This document shows, in pieces, positions 31,401 to 40,001 of a stretch of DNA of 64,000 bases. The DNA is from Firmicutes bacterium ADurb.Bin248. GTDB taxonomy: Bacteria > Bacillota > Clostridia > Christensenellales > CAG-138. Below the pieces are notes generated by a model. It saw only the letters and a program-made list of their open reading frames with translations, was not told the origin of the DNA and did not search any database. Made by a program: the position numbers and the translations under genes. The stretch covers positions 15,974-79,973 of the forward strand of contig MWBW01000006.1 in assembly GCA_002069725.1 (NCBI GenBank). Direction: 5' to 3'. How positions within the stretch are numbered: the first letter of the stretch is position 1; every line of letters begins with the position of its first letter.

Positions 31401-32615
31401 CTTCCGCCGCGCTCCCGAGGGTATAGGTGAAGTTCTGCCCGCTCAGGGCGGCCGTGTCTCCGGGATAGGTCGTGACCGGCTTCCCGTTGCGGAGCACGGA
31501 CGCAAGGTCCATGAGCAAATGGTTCGGGAGCGTGTCGCTCACCGTGGAGGAGGCCGGTATGGTGCGGTTGTTGTTGTTGAGCGTGATGGTCCAGTCGATG
31601 TATGAAACGCCGCCGACGGTCCTGACGACGCCGACTTTTTTGATCCAATCGGTCGTGACGGTGACCTGCGCGCTCGCCGTGTCGATGGGGTCCGGGAAGG
31701 TCCCCACGTAGAGATCGGCTTCGTTGGTGAGCAACTGGCTCGAGCCCTCCGCGCCGAAAGCGTTCTCCGTCGGGATCGTCACGATGGTGAAGGAGGTCGT
31801 GCCCGTCACGCTGCCCAGCGAGAAAATATGGTTTCCGCCGCTTTCTTCGACGCTTGCGGAGGGAAGGGAACAGGACGCATACGTCTGGTCCTCGCCGAGG
31901 CTGTCAACGACGCGCACGTCCTCGATGGTAACTTCGGGGTCGCCGGAATCGACGGTGATGGTCCAGGTGATCCGATTCGTCGCGGGATCGTAGACGCCGC
32001 TCTTTTCCACCGTCGCTTCGGGCGGCAGGGGATCCTCCTCGAATCCTATGGTGATGATCGTGCCGTCCGCCCAGAGCTCGAAGCTGATCGGCGGGCCGCC
32101 GGAGATCTCCACTTCGAGCAAATCGCCCTCTATGGTGAAGCTGGCGGAATCGACCGTGATGTCCTCGACGTCGTCGGCGAACGTGATCGTGACGACGCCG
32201 TCCTCCGTGACGGTGAGATAGCCGATCGTATAGGTGACGCTGTCCTCTCCGACGACGGTGAGCTCGTAGCCGTCGGCGCTCGTGATGGGCGTGAAGCGCG
32301 CGACGCGCGTAAGCTCGGCGGGCAGTGTGACGACGAAATAATCCCCCGCTTTAACGCTGTTTTCGGCGAGTACCGCCTCGAGAACTTCGAACGAATAGTC
32401 TATTTTACGTGCGCGTTCTGAGGGATGTTGTTGTAATCCGTAACCTCGACGCCGCCCACGGACGCCGTGAAGCTGGCGGATAGGATATTGACGAGCGGCG
32501 GGTCCAGCGCGAACAGGTCCCTTCCGTCGGCGGCCAGCGCGGCGGGGAAGAGCGTGAAAAGCTGCGCGAACACGAGCAGGGCGGCGAGAAAATGCGAAAT
32601 GGTTTTGCGTTTCAT
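28436..32615 (-). pseudogene. Large wall-anchored adhesin interrupted by two single-base frameshifts (signal peptide, collagen-binding-like modules, five Cna-B-type domains, PPETG sorting signal)
   Basis: Three ORFs join colinearly. ORF 32400..32615 carries the signal peptide MKRKTISHFLAALLVFAQLFTLFPAALA. ORF 28990..32682 carries ITWTITV/ITWEIEIN-type modules and Cna-B repeats. ORF 28436..29209 carries more Cna-B repeats plus SFPPETGD, a hydrophobic stretch and RRRRG. Total length 4180 nt + 2 = 1394 codons. Confidence 0.8.
28870..29770 (-). repeat. Three near-identical ~300-nt tandem units (Cna-B-type domain repeats)
   Basis: The marker gatgacgccgcccgcggacgcgacgct recurs at 29278 and 29578, with a diverged copy near 28975. 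Protein repeats read VILHKADENGDPLSGGLFRIFRASDTAFA... Confidence 0.85.
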
Positions 32616-32723
32616 TCATGGCTCCTTCATGATGGCATGTATTCCGTCGGCGGAACAGCCGTAATTGCGCTAAAATACACATTCCATTTTTGGCAATGCT
32701 CGACTATTATAATTAAGATATAC

Positions 32724-32745
32724 ATGTTGTGTCAAGAAACAACAT
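32724..32745. promoter_or_regulatory. Inverted repeat in the AT-rich divergent region between the adhesin and AraC genes
   Basis: ATGTTGT-gtcaagaa-ACAACAT. Confidence 0.3.
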
Positions 32746-32888
32746 AACACACTATATTTGACGGACGGGCGGTACGGAACGATATGTTTTACACGGCGTT
32801 TCCGGAGGTGGACATAAAATAATATTCGCAATCCCGTTCAAGAAGCGCGAGACGCGCGCGATGTATGATTTGGGAGGTGGTGACGGTC

Positions 32889-33812
32889 ATGGAGTTGAAG
32901 GATACGGTGCGCGCCGTGCGCAGGATGCAGAACCATATCGACGCGCATCTCGCGGAGCCGATCACGCTCGCGCAGCTCGCGCGCGCGGCGGGCTATTCGC
33001 AGTGGCACAGCGAGCGGGTATTCCGCGAGCACGTCGGGAAGACGCCCTTCGAGTACATCCGCGCGCTGCGGCTCTCGAAGGCGGCGCTGCTTTTGCGCGA
33101 CGGGCGGCCGAAGATCGTCGACGTGGCGTTCGATTTCGTGTTCGATTCGCACGAGGGCTTCACGAAGGCGTTTTCGAGGCAGTTCGGCATTTCCCCGAGC
33201 CGTTACGCGCGTGAGAAGCCGCCGATTGCGCTGTTCATTCCGTATCCGGCTTATGACCGCCGCCATACGCAATTCGAAGGAGAGAAAATGATGGAAGAAA
33301 AAGAAGGCGGGAAAACCAAACTGCTGCCCGTATTCGTGCAGGTCGTCGAGCGCCCGGCGCGCAAGGCGCTGATTCGCAGGGGCCGCAGGGCGGAGGATTA
33401 TTTCGCGTACTGCGAAGAGGTCGGATGCGACGTGTGGGGCGTGCTCACGAGCGTGAAGGAAGCGCTCTACGAGCCCGCGGGCATGTGGCTGCCCGCGAAG
33501 CTGACGCCCGCGGGCACGTCGAAATACGTGCAGGGCGTGGAGCTTGCGCTCGATTACGACAAGCCCGTTCCCGAAGGCTACGAGCTGATTGAGCTCGAGC
33601 CGTGCAGCGCCATGGTGTTCCAGGGGCCGCCCTACGAGGACGACGATTTCGAGGAGGCAATCGGCATCATCTGGGATTTCATGAACCGTTTCGACCCGGC
33701 GCTTTACGGCTACGCCTGGGCGGACGAGGACGCGCCGCGTTTCCAGCTCGCCCCGATGGGGTATCGCGGCTACATCGAGGCGCGGCCGGTAAGGCTGCTC
33801 CCGCGCGGCTGA
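32889..33812 (+). CDS. AraC-family regulator with GyrI-like effector-binding domain
   Basis: ATG 32889 with GGAGGTG 9 nt upstream. HTH region ITLAQLARAAGYSQWHSERVFREHVGKTPFEYIRALRL...GFTKAFSRQFGISPSRY. Confidence 0.85.
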   Translation: MELKDTVRAVRRMQNHIDAHLAEPITLAQLARAAGYSQWHSERVFREHVGKTPFEYIRALRLSKAALLLRDGRPKIVDVAFDFVFDSHEGFTKAFSRQFGISPSRYAREKPPIALFIPYPAYDRRHTQFEGEKMMEEKEGGKTKLLPVFVQVVERPARKALIRRGRRAEDYFAYCEEVGCDVWGVLTSVKEALYEPAGMWLPAKLTPAGTSKYVQGVELALDYDKPVPEGYELIELEPCSAMVFQGPPYEDDDFEEAIGIIWDFMNRFDPALYGYAWADEDAPRFQLAPMGYRGYIEARPVRLLPRG

Positions 33813-33911
33813 TCCAACCGGGCGATTTTTCGCGGGACGCCCGCCCCGCGTAGTAAAATCCCGCGGAACATGGTTTCCGCCGGAGCGCGAACGAATTTCC
33901 AAAAAAACGTC

Positions 33912-33938
33912 GGCCCGCCGGTTTTCAGCCGGCGGGCC
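33912..33938. terminator. Bidirectional terminator between convergent genes
   Basis: GGCCCGCCGG-ttttcag-CCGGCGGGCC, flanked by an A7 run upstream and a T-rich stretch downstream. Confidence 0.7.
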
Positions 33939-34030
33939 AAACTTTGCGCTTTTACTCGGCCAGGACGGTGTCAGACGCGAACGGGAAGGCCTTAGCGTCT
34001 AGAGCAGCTCATCCATCGCGGGAAGGGCGT

Positions 34031-34567
34031 TCATGGCGCCGGCGTATCCCGTTCCGCAAGAAGGACGCAATAATCCAGTATCACGTTGCCCTGTTCGTCC
34101 TGCTGGGTAAAGCGCGGGCAGTTGTACCGTTCAAAAAAGCAGGACATGCCAGCTTCGATCCGGAAATTGCCCATTCCGTTTTCCGCCAATTCGGCGACGC
34201 ACGCGTCGTGCATGCAAAAGAGGCTGCCGTCGTCCTCCCGGCCTTTGATCCAGCATACGCCTATGTCGCCCCCGTCGAGATCGATATGGCCGTAGCCCTC
34301 TGGAACGGGGGTGTCCGCCGGAAAGAACATGCCGATCCAGTATTCGAACGTGTTTTCAAAATCCTCGCCGCAGCGCATGAAGCCGAGATAGCCGTTTTCG
34401 ATGCCCGGCGCCTCGCCGAGCGCCTCGAGCTCTCCGAACCAGCCGTTCTGGAACCACTCGCCCCATTTGTGGCCGAAGCCGTTCGCCCGCTCGGCGTTGG
34501 TATAGCGCTTGCCGATGAAGCGCAGGGAGGGCAGACGCTCCCTGTACACCCTGACGATCTCTCCCAT
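34031..34567 (-). CDS. GyrI-like small-molecule-binding domain protein
   Basis: GGGAG RBS. Reads VYRERLPSLRFIGKRY...YWIGMFFPADTPVPEGY, typical of stand-alone AraC effector-binding/GyrI-like domains. Confidence 0.75.
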   Translation of the reverse strand: MGEIVRVYRERLPSLRFIGKRYTNAERANGFGHKWGEWFQNGWFGELEALGEAPGIENGYLGFMRCGEDFENTFEYWIGMFFPADTPVPEGYGHIDLDGGDIGVCWIKGREDDGSLFCMHDACVAELAENGMGNFRIEAGMSCFFERYNCPRFTQQDEQGNVILDYCVLLAERDTPAP

Positions 34568-34808
34568 TTTTCACACTCCCGTTCGATATGAATTTTTCCG
34601 TTACCTTATTATAACAAAATCCGCGGGCAAAGCAATTCATATCATTTGGGCAATATCGGTCCAACGCGTACGCGCCGCCGCGCGAAGTTGCTTTTTCCAA
34701 TAATTTCATATACGGATCCGAAAAAATATATTATGATAGCATTGACGAGCGGCGTTGCCCGGAGCTTGCGTTCTATTTCTATTCGTAAATAACAGGGAGG
34801 ATAAAAGC

Positions 34809-35681
34809 ATGAGAAGAATACTTGGCTTGTGCCTGGCGCTGGCTTTCCTTCTGACGGGCTGCGGCCTGCCTGGCGCGGGCCGCGCGGGAGAGCCCATGGC
34901 GCAAATCGCAAAAACAAACGAGCCTGCCGCCGCCTCAAAGCCGCCCGCGCAGCCGACTCCCGGCCAGTCCGCGCAGGCTCCCGAGGCTTCCGGGCGGGAG
35001 GGCGCGTACCAGCCTGTCATCGACGCGTACATCGAAGCAAAAGCGAGCGGATTCACCAAGATCGACCCGATACTCGCGGACACGTTCCCCGCGCGCTCGG
35101 AGAACCTCGGCTCCGACATGGCCGACCTTGGCGTGGATATCGAAACCGTCTCGCTGCTCTACGTGCTCTACGATATGAACGCCGACAGGACGCCCGAGCT
35201 GTTCATCATCGCCTCGCAGCCGGACGTCAACTATATCTGGAGCGTGTATACGATCGCGAACAACGAGGCGGTGTCCCTGCTCCAGCAGACGGGCGCGCGG
35301 GAGGAGATCCTCTTCGGGGTCAATGAGGACGGCCTGTGCGCGTTCTCGAAGAGCTGGACGCATATGGGCATTACGGTGGAGCTGTTTTACAGGCTGCCCG
35401 CGGGCGGGGACAGCCTGACTTTGGAGGAGGGCCTGTACACCGACTGGAACGAAGCCGCGCAGAACGATGCGTACGCGGATCTCGAAAACCATCAGATCAT
35501 CCAATACGGCGACCATTTTAAGGGCGTATCCGACCTGTACCGCCCGGATTCCGGCAAACTGACCCCGATCACGGCGGACGAGTGGTTCTCGATAAGCAAC
35601 GACTACATCGCCTACGTGGTCGATTTTGAGGAGATACTTGAACTCCACGAATACCCCGCGGGTTTCAAGGCGTACTCGTAA
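34809..35681 (+). CDS. Lipoprotein, function unknown
   Basis: ATG 34809 after AGGGAGG. Lipobox MRRILGLCLALAFLLTGC, then a Pro/Ala-rich linker. Confidence 0.75.
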   Translation: MRRILGLCLALAFLLTGCGLPGAGRAGEPMAQIAKTNEPAAASKPPAQPTPGQSAQAPEASGREGAYQPVIDAYIEAKASGFTKIDPILADTFPARSENLGSDMADLGVDIETVSLLYVLYDMNADRTPELFIIASQPDVNYIWSVYTIANNEAVSLLQQTGAREEILFGVNEDGLCAFSKSWTHMGITVELFYRLPAGGDSLTLEEGLYTDWNEAAQNDAYADLENHQIIQYGDHFKGVSDLYRPDSGKLTPITADEWFSISNDYIAYVVDFEEILELHEYPAGFKAYS

Positions 35682-35741
35682 CGTCCGCGCCCTCCGAAGT
35701 GCCGCAAGTACGCTTTCAAAGACAGGAAAGGGGTGCGAACG

Positions 35742-36926
35742 ATGAAAAAGATCATAGCCCTTTGCGCACTTCTGCTCTCGGCGCTGCTCTTGAGCTCGTG
35801 CTTTGCCGTGCTTCCGCTGCTGCGCTCCGTCTTGCGCCCGCCGGAGGCTACCGTCGCGCCGACGCCGAGGCAGACGGCCGAACCCACGCAAAAACCCGCG
35901 CCGCGACCGACGGCGGAGCCCGCGCCGGACGCGTCGCAGGATCTGCCGCTCTATCGCTTCAACGCCAACAGGGCCGAGGAGCACCTGCGTAACGGCGAGA
36001 CCGAGGAGGCCATACTCGCCTACGAGGCCGCGATCCGCTATGCCATACTCGAAAACAACTGCCCGCAGCAGGAGCTTGCGGAGCTGTATCTGACCTTGTC
36101 GCGCGTCTACGAGGACGAGGGGCGGGATGTGCGCGCGCTCGCCGTGCTCCTGGGCGCGAAGGAGCGCGCGGACGAATCGCGGGAGATCGCCGACGGGATC
36201 GCGTGCCTTCTGGCGGATGACGGCGCGCCCGCGAACAGGGCGGCCAAATCCGCCTACCTCAGTGTTCTGCGTTCGCTGATCTCCGCGCACGGCCAATACG
36301 CCGCGGCGGAGGGGGAGTGGGTGGATTATCCCTTGGGCGTGTTCCACGCGCAGCTCGTCGACTGCGACGCGGACGGCGTCGACGAACTGCTGTGCATCTA
36401 CGGAACGCCCCGCCCCTATACGTATGAGTATGACGGAGAAACCTACGAGGAGGTCCGCAACATCCCGTGCGTGGAGCTTTACGCGTACCGGGACGGGGAA
36501 GCCGCGCTGCTGCTTCAGGAATGCGTCGGCTATTACTTCGCCCAAAGCGACGATTACAAAGAGGTCCTCGTCTGCCGGGCGGACGGGGATATCTGGATCA
36601 ACTTCTATCTGGATACGGCGGATTTCTGCGACGCGTTCTATACCGTCCGGGAAGGGAACCTGGTTTCCCGCGTCTATCGCGCGCGCATTCCCGAGGACGC
36701 CGGCTTCGACGTCGACACGAGCGTCTACGACGTCGCCGGGAGCTTCGAGATCGACGGAACGCAGGTGAGCCGGGAAGTCTTTGAGCTCCAGCACGAGGCC
36801 ATGCAGGACCGCTTCTACGGCCCGGAGGAGCAGACGTACGAGTGGATCTACATTCCCCCCGACGAATTCTGGGCGTGGGGATACGGCAAATACGTCGACG
36901 CGCTCCTGCTTACGCTGGGCGGATGA
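35742..36926 (+). CDS. Lipoprotein, function unknown (TPR-like N-region)
   Basis: ATG 35742. Lipobox MKKIIALCALLLSALLLSSC, Pro-rich linker. Shares the D-x-(D/N)-x-D...EL(F/L) motif with the upstream lipoprotein (DMNADRTPELFII vs DCDADGVDELLCI). Confidence 0.75.
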   Translation: MKKIIALCALLLSALLLSSCFAVLPLLRSVLRPPEATVAPTPRQTAEPTQKPAPRPTAEPAPDASQDLPLYRFNANRAEEHLRNGETEEAILAYEAAIRYAILENNCPQQELAELYLTLSRVYEDEGRDVRALAVLLGAKERADESREIADGIACLLADDGAPANRAAKSAYLSVLRSLISAHGQYAAAEGEWVDYPLGVFHAQLVDCDADGVDELLCIYGTPRPYTYEYDGETYEEVRNIPCVELYAYRDGEAALLLQECVGYYFAQSDDYKEVLVCRADGDIWINFYLDTADFCDAFYTVREGNLVSRVYRARIPEDAGFDVDTSVYDVAGSFEIDGTQVSREVFELQHEAMQDRFYGPEEQTYEWIYIPPDEFWAWGYGKYVDALLLTLGG

Positions 36927-36947
36927 CATATCCCGCGCCGCCGCGCC

Positions 36948-36971
36948 GCGCCCCGCCGACCGGCGGGGCGC
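36948..36971 (+). terminator. GC hairpin after the second lipoprotein gene
   Basis: GCGCCCCGCC-gacc-GGCGGGGCGC followed by GCTGTTTAT. Confidence 0.6.
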
Positions 36972-37094
36972 GCTGTTTATGCGGGAGCTGTTCTTTTCGC
37001 GTTTTCGTCTCCTTTCGCTCCGCGGGCCTTAGGAATAAATCCCAGACGGCCAGCAATACTAAGAAAAAGCATACGGAAATAAGGAGATACGCCA

Positions 37095-39203
37095 TTGATG
37101 CCCACCGACGAAACGAAGAACGGCACGAAAAAGGCGCGGCAGCTCGAGAGCTATCGCGTGGACGACGCGAACCAATTCCTAACCACCGACAACGGGCTTT
37201 TGCTGACGAACACCGACGATTCCCTCAAGGCGGGCGAGCGCGGGCCCACGCTGCTGGAGGATTTCCATTTCAGGGAGAAGATCACCCATTTCGACCACGA
37301 GCGCATACCCGAGCGCGTCGTGCACGCGCGCGGCTTCGGCGCGCACGGATACTTCCAGCCGTATGAATCCATGGCGGAGTATACCAAGGCGCGTTTCCTG
37401 CAGGACCCGGGCGTGAAAACGCCCGTGTTCGTCCGCTTCTCGACCGTCGTGGGTTCGCGCGGTTCGGCCGACACGGTGCGCGACGTGCGCGGCTTCGCGG
37501 TGAAGTTCTACACCGAGGACGGCAACCTCGACATCGTGGGCAACAACATACCCGTATTCTTCATTCAGGACGCCATCAAGTTCCCCGATATCGTGCACGC
37601 CATTAAGCCCGAGCCGGACAACGACCTGCCGCAGGCGACCAGCGCGCACGACACCTTCTGGGATTTCGTCGTCAACACGACCGAAACGGCGCACATGGTC
37701 ATGTGGCTCATGTCCGACCGCGCGATCCCGCGCAGCTTCCGCATGATGGAGGGCTTCGGCGTCAACACGTTCCGCTTCATCAACGCCGGGGGCAGGGCGC
37801 GGTTCGTGAAGTTCCACTGGAAGCCGCTGCTGGGCGTGCACTCGCTCGTGCGCGACGAGGCGCAGAAGCTCTCGGGCAAGGACCCCGATTTCCACCGCCG
37901 CGACCTGTGGGACGCCGTCAATCAGGGCAACTACCCGGAGTTCGAGTTCGGCGTGCAGATGCTCGACGAGGAGCGGGAGTTCGATTTCGGCTTCGATATA
38001 CTCGATCCCACCAAGCTCTGGCCGGAGGAGCTCGTGCCGGTCAAAATCATCGGCAAGATCACGCTGGATCGAAATGTGGACAACTTCTTCGCCGAAACCG
38101 AGCAGGTCGCTTTCTGCCCCGCGAACATTGTGCCCGGTATCGACTTTTCCAACGACCCGCTGCTGCAGGGGAGGCTTTTCTCGTATGAGGATACGCAGTT
38201 GAGCCGCCTGGGCGGGCCCAACTTCCGCGAGATCCCCATCAACCGGCCCGTCGTGCCCGTACACAACAACCAGCGCGACGGCATGCACCGCATGAGCATC
38301 CATCCGGGGAAGGTCAGTTATTCCCCGAACGCGCTCGCCAAGGGCGCGCCCGCCCCGGCGGCGGAGGAGCAGGGCGGCTTCGTCCACTGCGCGCAGCGGG
38401 TCGACGGGCATACCGTGCGCGCGCGAAGCCGAAGCTTCCGCGACCATTACAGTCAGGCGACGCTTTTCTGGAACAGCATGTCCGCCGCGGAGAAGGAGCA
38501 CATCGTGGATGCTTTTCACTTCGAGGCGGGCAGCGTGAAGGACAAGAACATCAAACAGGCCGTGGCCGACATGTTCGCCCGCGTCGCGCCCGAGCTCGGC
38601 GCGCAGATCGCGGCGGGCATCGGCGTCAATCCGCCCGTCAAGGCCGCGCCCAACGGCGTCACGGCGGCCTCGCCCAAGCTTAGTCAGGAGAACACGATCA
38701 AGTCGGCCAAAACAAGAAAGGTCGCGATACTCATAGAAAACGGGGTCTGCCCGGCGTCGGTCCAGGCCATGAAGGACGCGCTTTGCGCCGCGGGCGCCGC
38801 CGCGGAAACGGTGAGCTGCACGCTGAGCGCCGTCGCCGCCAAGGACGGCACGCAGCTCATGCCCGACAAGGACTTCACCACGACGCCCTCGCTCGTATAC
38901 GACGCCGTGTATATCCCCGGCGGCGCGCAGCACGTCGACGCGCTCGGGAAGAACATCGACGCGCGCAATTTCGTCAACGAGGCCACGCTCCATAAAAAGA
39001 CCGTCGCGGCCACAGACGAGGCGGTGGAATTTCTCAGGGCGACCGACGTGGGCCCGCTTCTTTCCAGCCTGCCGGACGCCGCGCAGACCGCCTGGGTCAA
39101 CCAGGGCATCGTGGTCGCGAAGGGCGCGGCGGAGCTGAAACCCTTCCTGACCGAGTTCGTCGATCAGCTCGCCATGCACCGCCACTGGGGCAGGCCGAAA
39201 TGA
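37095..39203 (+). CDS. katE: Large-subunit (HPII-type) catalase with C-terminal DJ-1/PfpI-like domain
   Basis: AAGGAGA RBS (TTG 37095 or ATG 37098). Catalase signature [22 protein letters not shown], ~700 aa, C-terminal [10 protein letters not shown]... domain. Confidence 0.93.
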   Translation: MMPTDETKNGTKKARQLESYRVDDANQFLTTDNGLLLTNTDDSLKAGERGPTLLEDFHFREKITHFDHERIPERVVHARGFGAHGYFQPYESMAEYTKARFLQDPGVKTPVFVRFSTVVGSRGSADTVRDVRGFAVKFYTEDGNLDIVGNNIPVFFIQDAIKFPDIVHAIKPEPDNDLPQATSAHDTFWDFVVNTTETAHMVMWLMSDRAIPRSFRMMEGFGVNTFRFINAGGRARFVKFHWKPLLGVHSLVRDEAQKLSGKDPDFHRRDLWDAVNQGNYPEFEFGVQMLDEEREFDFGFDILDPTKLWPEELVPVKIIGKITLDRNVDNFFAETEQVAFCPANIVPGIDFSNDPLLQGRLFSYEDTQLSRLGGPNFREIPINRPVVPVHNNQRDGMHRMSIHPGKVSYSPNALAKGAPAPAAEEQGGFVHCAQRVDGHTVRARSRSFRDHYSQATLFWNSMSAAEKEHIVDAFHFEAGSVKDKNIKQAVADMFARVAPELGAQIAAGIGVNPPVKAAPNGVTAASPKLSQENTIKSAKTRKVAILIENGVCPASVQAMKDALCAAGAAAETVSCTLSAVAAKDGTQLMPDKDFTTTPSLVYDAVYIPGGAQHVDALGKNIDARNFVNEATLHKKTVAATDEAVEFLRATDVGPLLSSLPDAAQTAWVNQGIVVAKGAAELKPFLTEFVDQLAMHRHWGRPK

Positions 39204-39227
39204 CGGATTCCGGGAACGGGCGGAGGG

Positions 39228-39252
39228 GCCGCGGGCAATCCGCGGCTCTTTT
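39228..39252 (+). terminator. Rho-independent terminator after katE
   Basis: GCCGCGG-gcaat-CCGCGGC followed by TCTTTTCC. Confidence 0.7.
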
Positions 39253-39261
39253 CCAACGCGC

Positions 39262-39290
39262 TTGACAGGCGCCGTGTGTTTTACTATTAT
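39262..39290 (+). promoter_or_regulatory. Near-consensus sigma-A promoter about 210 nt upstream of ybaN
   Basis: TTGACA (39262-39267), 17 nt spacer, TATTAT (39285-39290). Confidence 0.6.
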
Positions 39291-39499
39291 AAGGAATGAT
39301 TCTCACTCTCGCATGAGAAGCGCCGGAAGGACCGCCGGGCGCGAGCCGAAGGGGTGCCGGAATGAGCCTGAACGGACTGATCGCCGGAGTCCCGCGTTTG
39401 CGATCATAAAAGCCTCTTGCCCGGTTGTCATCAAATGCGGATATTTTTTCCGGCCGCGCCGCATGGCCTCGGCAATTTGGTTGAAGCACGGTTGAAACC

Positions 39500-39877
39500 A
39501 TGACGCTCAAGACAAAACTTCTCGTTCTGCTCGGCTTTATTCTGCTTGCCGTCGGGGCGATCGGCATATTCGTGCCGGTTCTGCCCACGACGCCGTTCGT
39601 ACTGGCCGCGGCGGGGTGTTTTACCGGCAGCGCCAAACTGAGCGGATGGCTCCGAAAAAGCAGGTTTTTCGGCGATTATATCAAAAATTACAGGGAGCGC
39701 ACCGGGCTTCAAAGGCGCACCGTGATCGTCAGCCTCGCGTATCTGTGGGCGGCGCTCGGCGTTTCCGCAGCGGTGATCCAAAAGCCGTGGGCTTATGTGC
39801 TGATGCCCTGCGTCGGCGCGGCGGTCACCGCGCACATACTGGTTATGGCGCGTCCCGGGCGCGCGGCGGACGAATAG
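39500..39877 (+). CDS. ybaN: DUF454 (YbaN) family inner-membrane protein
   Basis: LGFILLAVGAIGIFVPVLPTTPFVLAAAGCF...S..L..WL is the characteristic YbaN N-terminus. 125 aa with 3-4 TM helices. Confidence 0.8.
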   Translation: MTLKTKLLVLLGFILLAVGAIGIFVPVLPTTPFVLAAAGCFTGSAKLSGWLRKSRFFGDYIKNYRERTGLQRRTVIVSLAYLWAALGVSAAVIQKPWAYVLMPCVGAAVTAHILVMARPGRAADE

Positions 39878-40001
39878 GCGGACTGCGATCGGCGATATCG
39901 TTCGCCGCTCTGGAATGCTTTGGCTTTTTGTAGTATGATTGAATACCGGGACAATTCGAAACGGGATGCAATCATACTTTTATCATGCAAAGGGGAAAAC
40001 G

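Noticed and set aside
39340-39400. TPP- or glycine-riboswitch-like strings (CCGAAGGGGTGCC...TGAGCC...CTGATC) in the ybaN leader
   Set aside because: Only short fragments match. The conserved ACCC and GCG-AGGGA of TPP aptamers are missing, as are the GGAGAG/CACCG cores of glycine aptamers. It is kept only as an unclassified structured leader.
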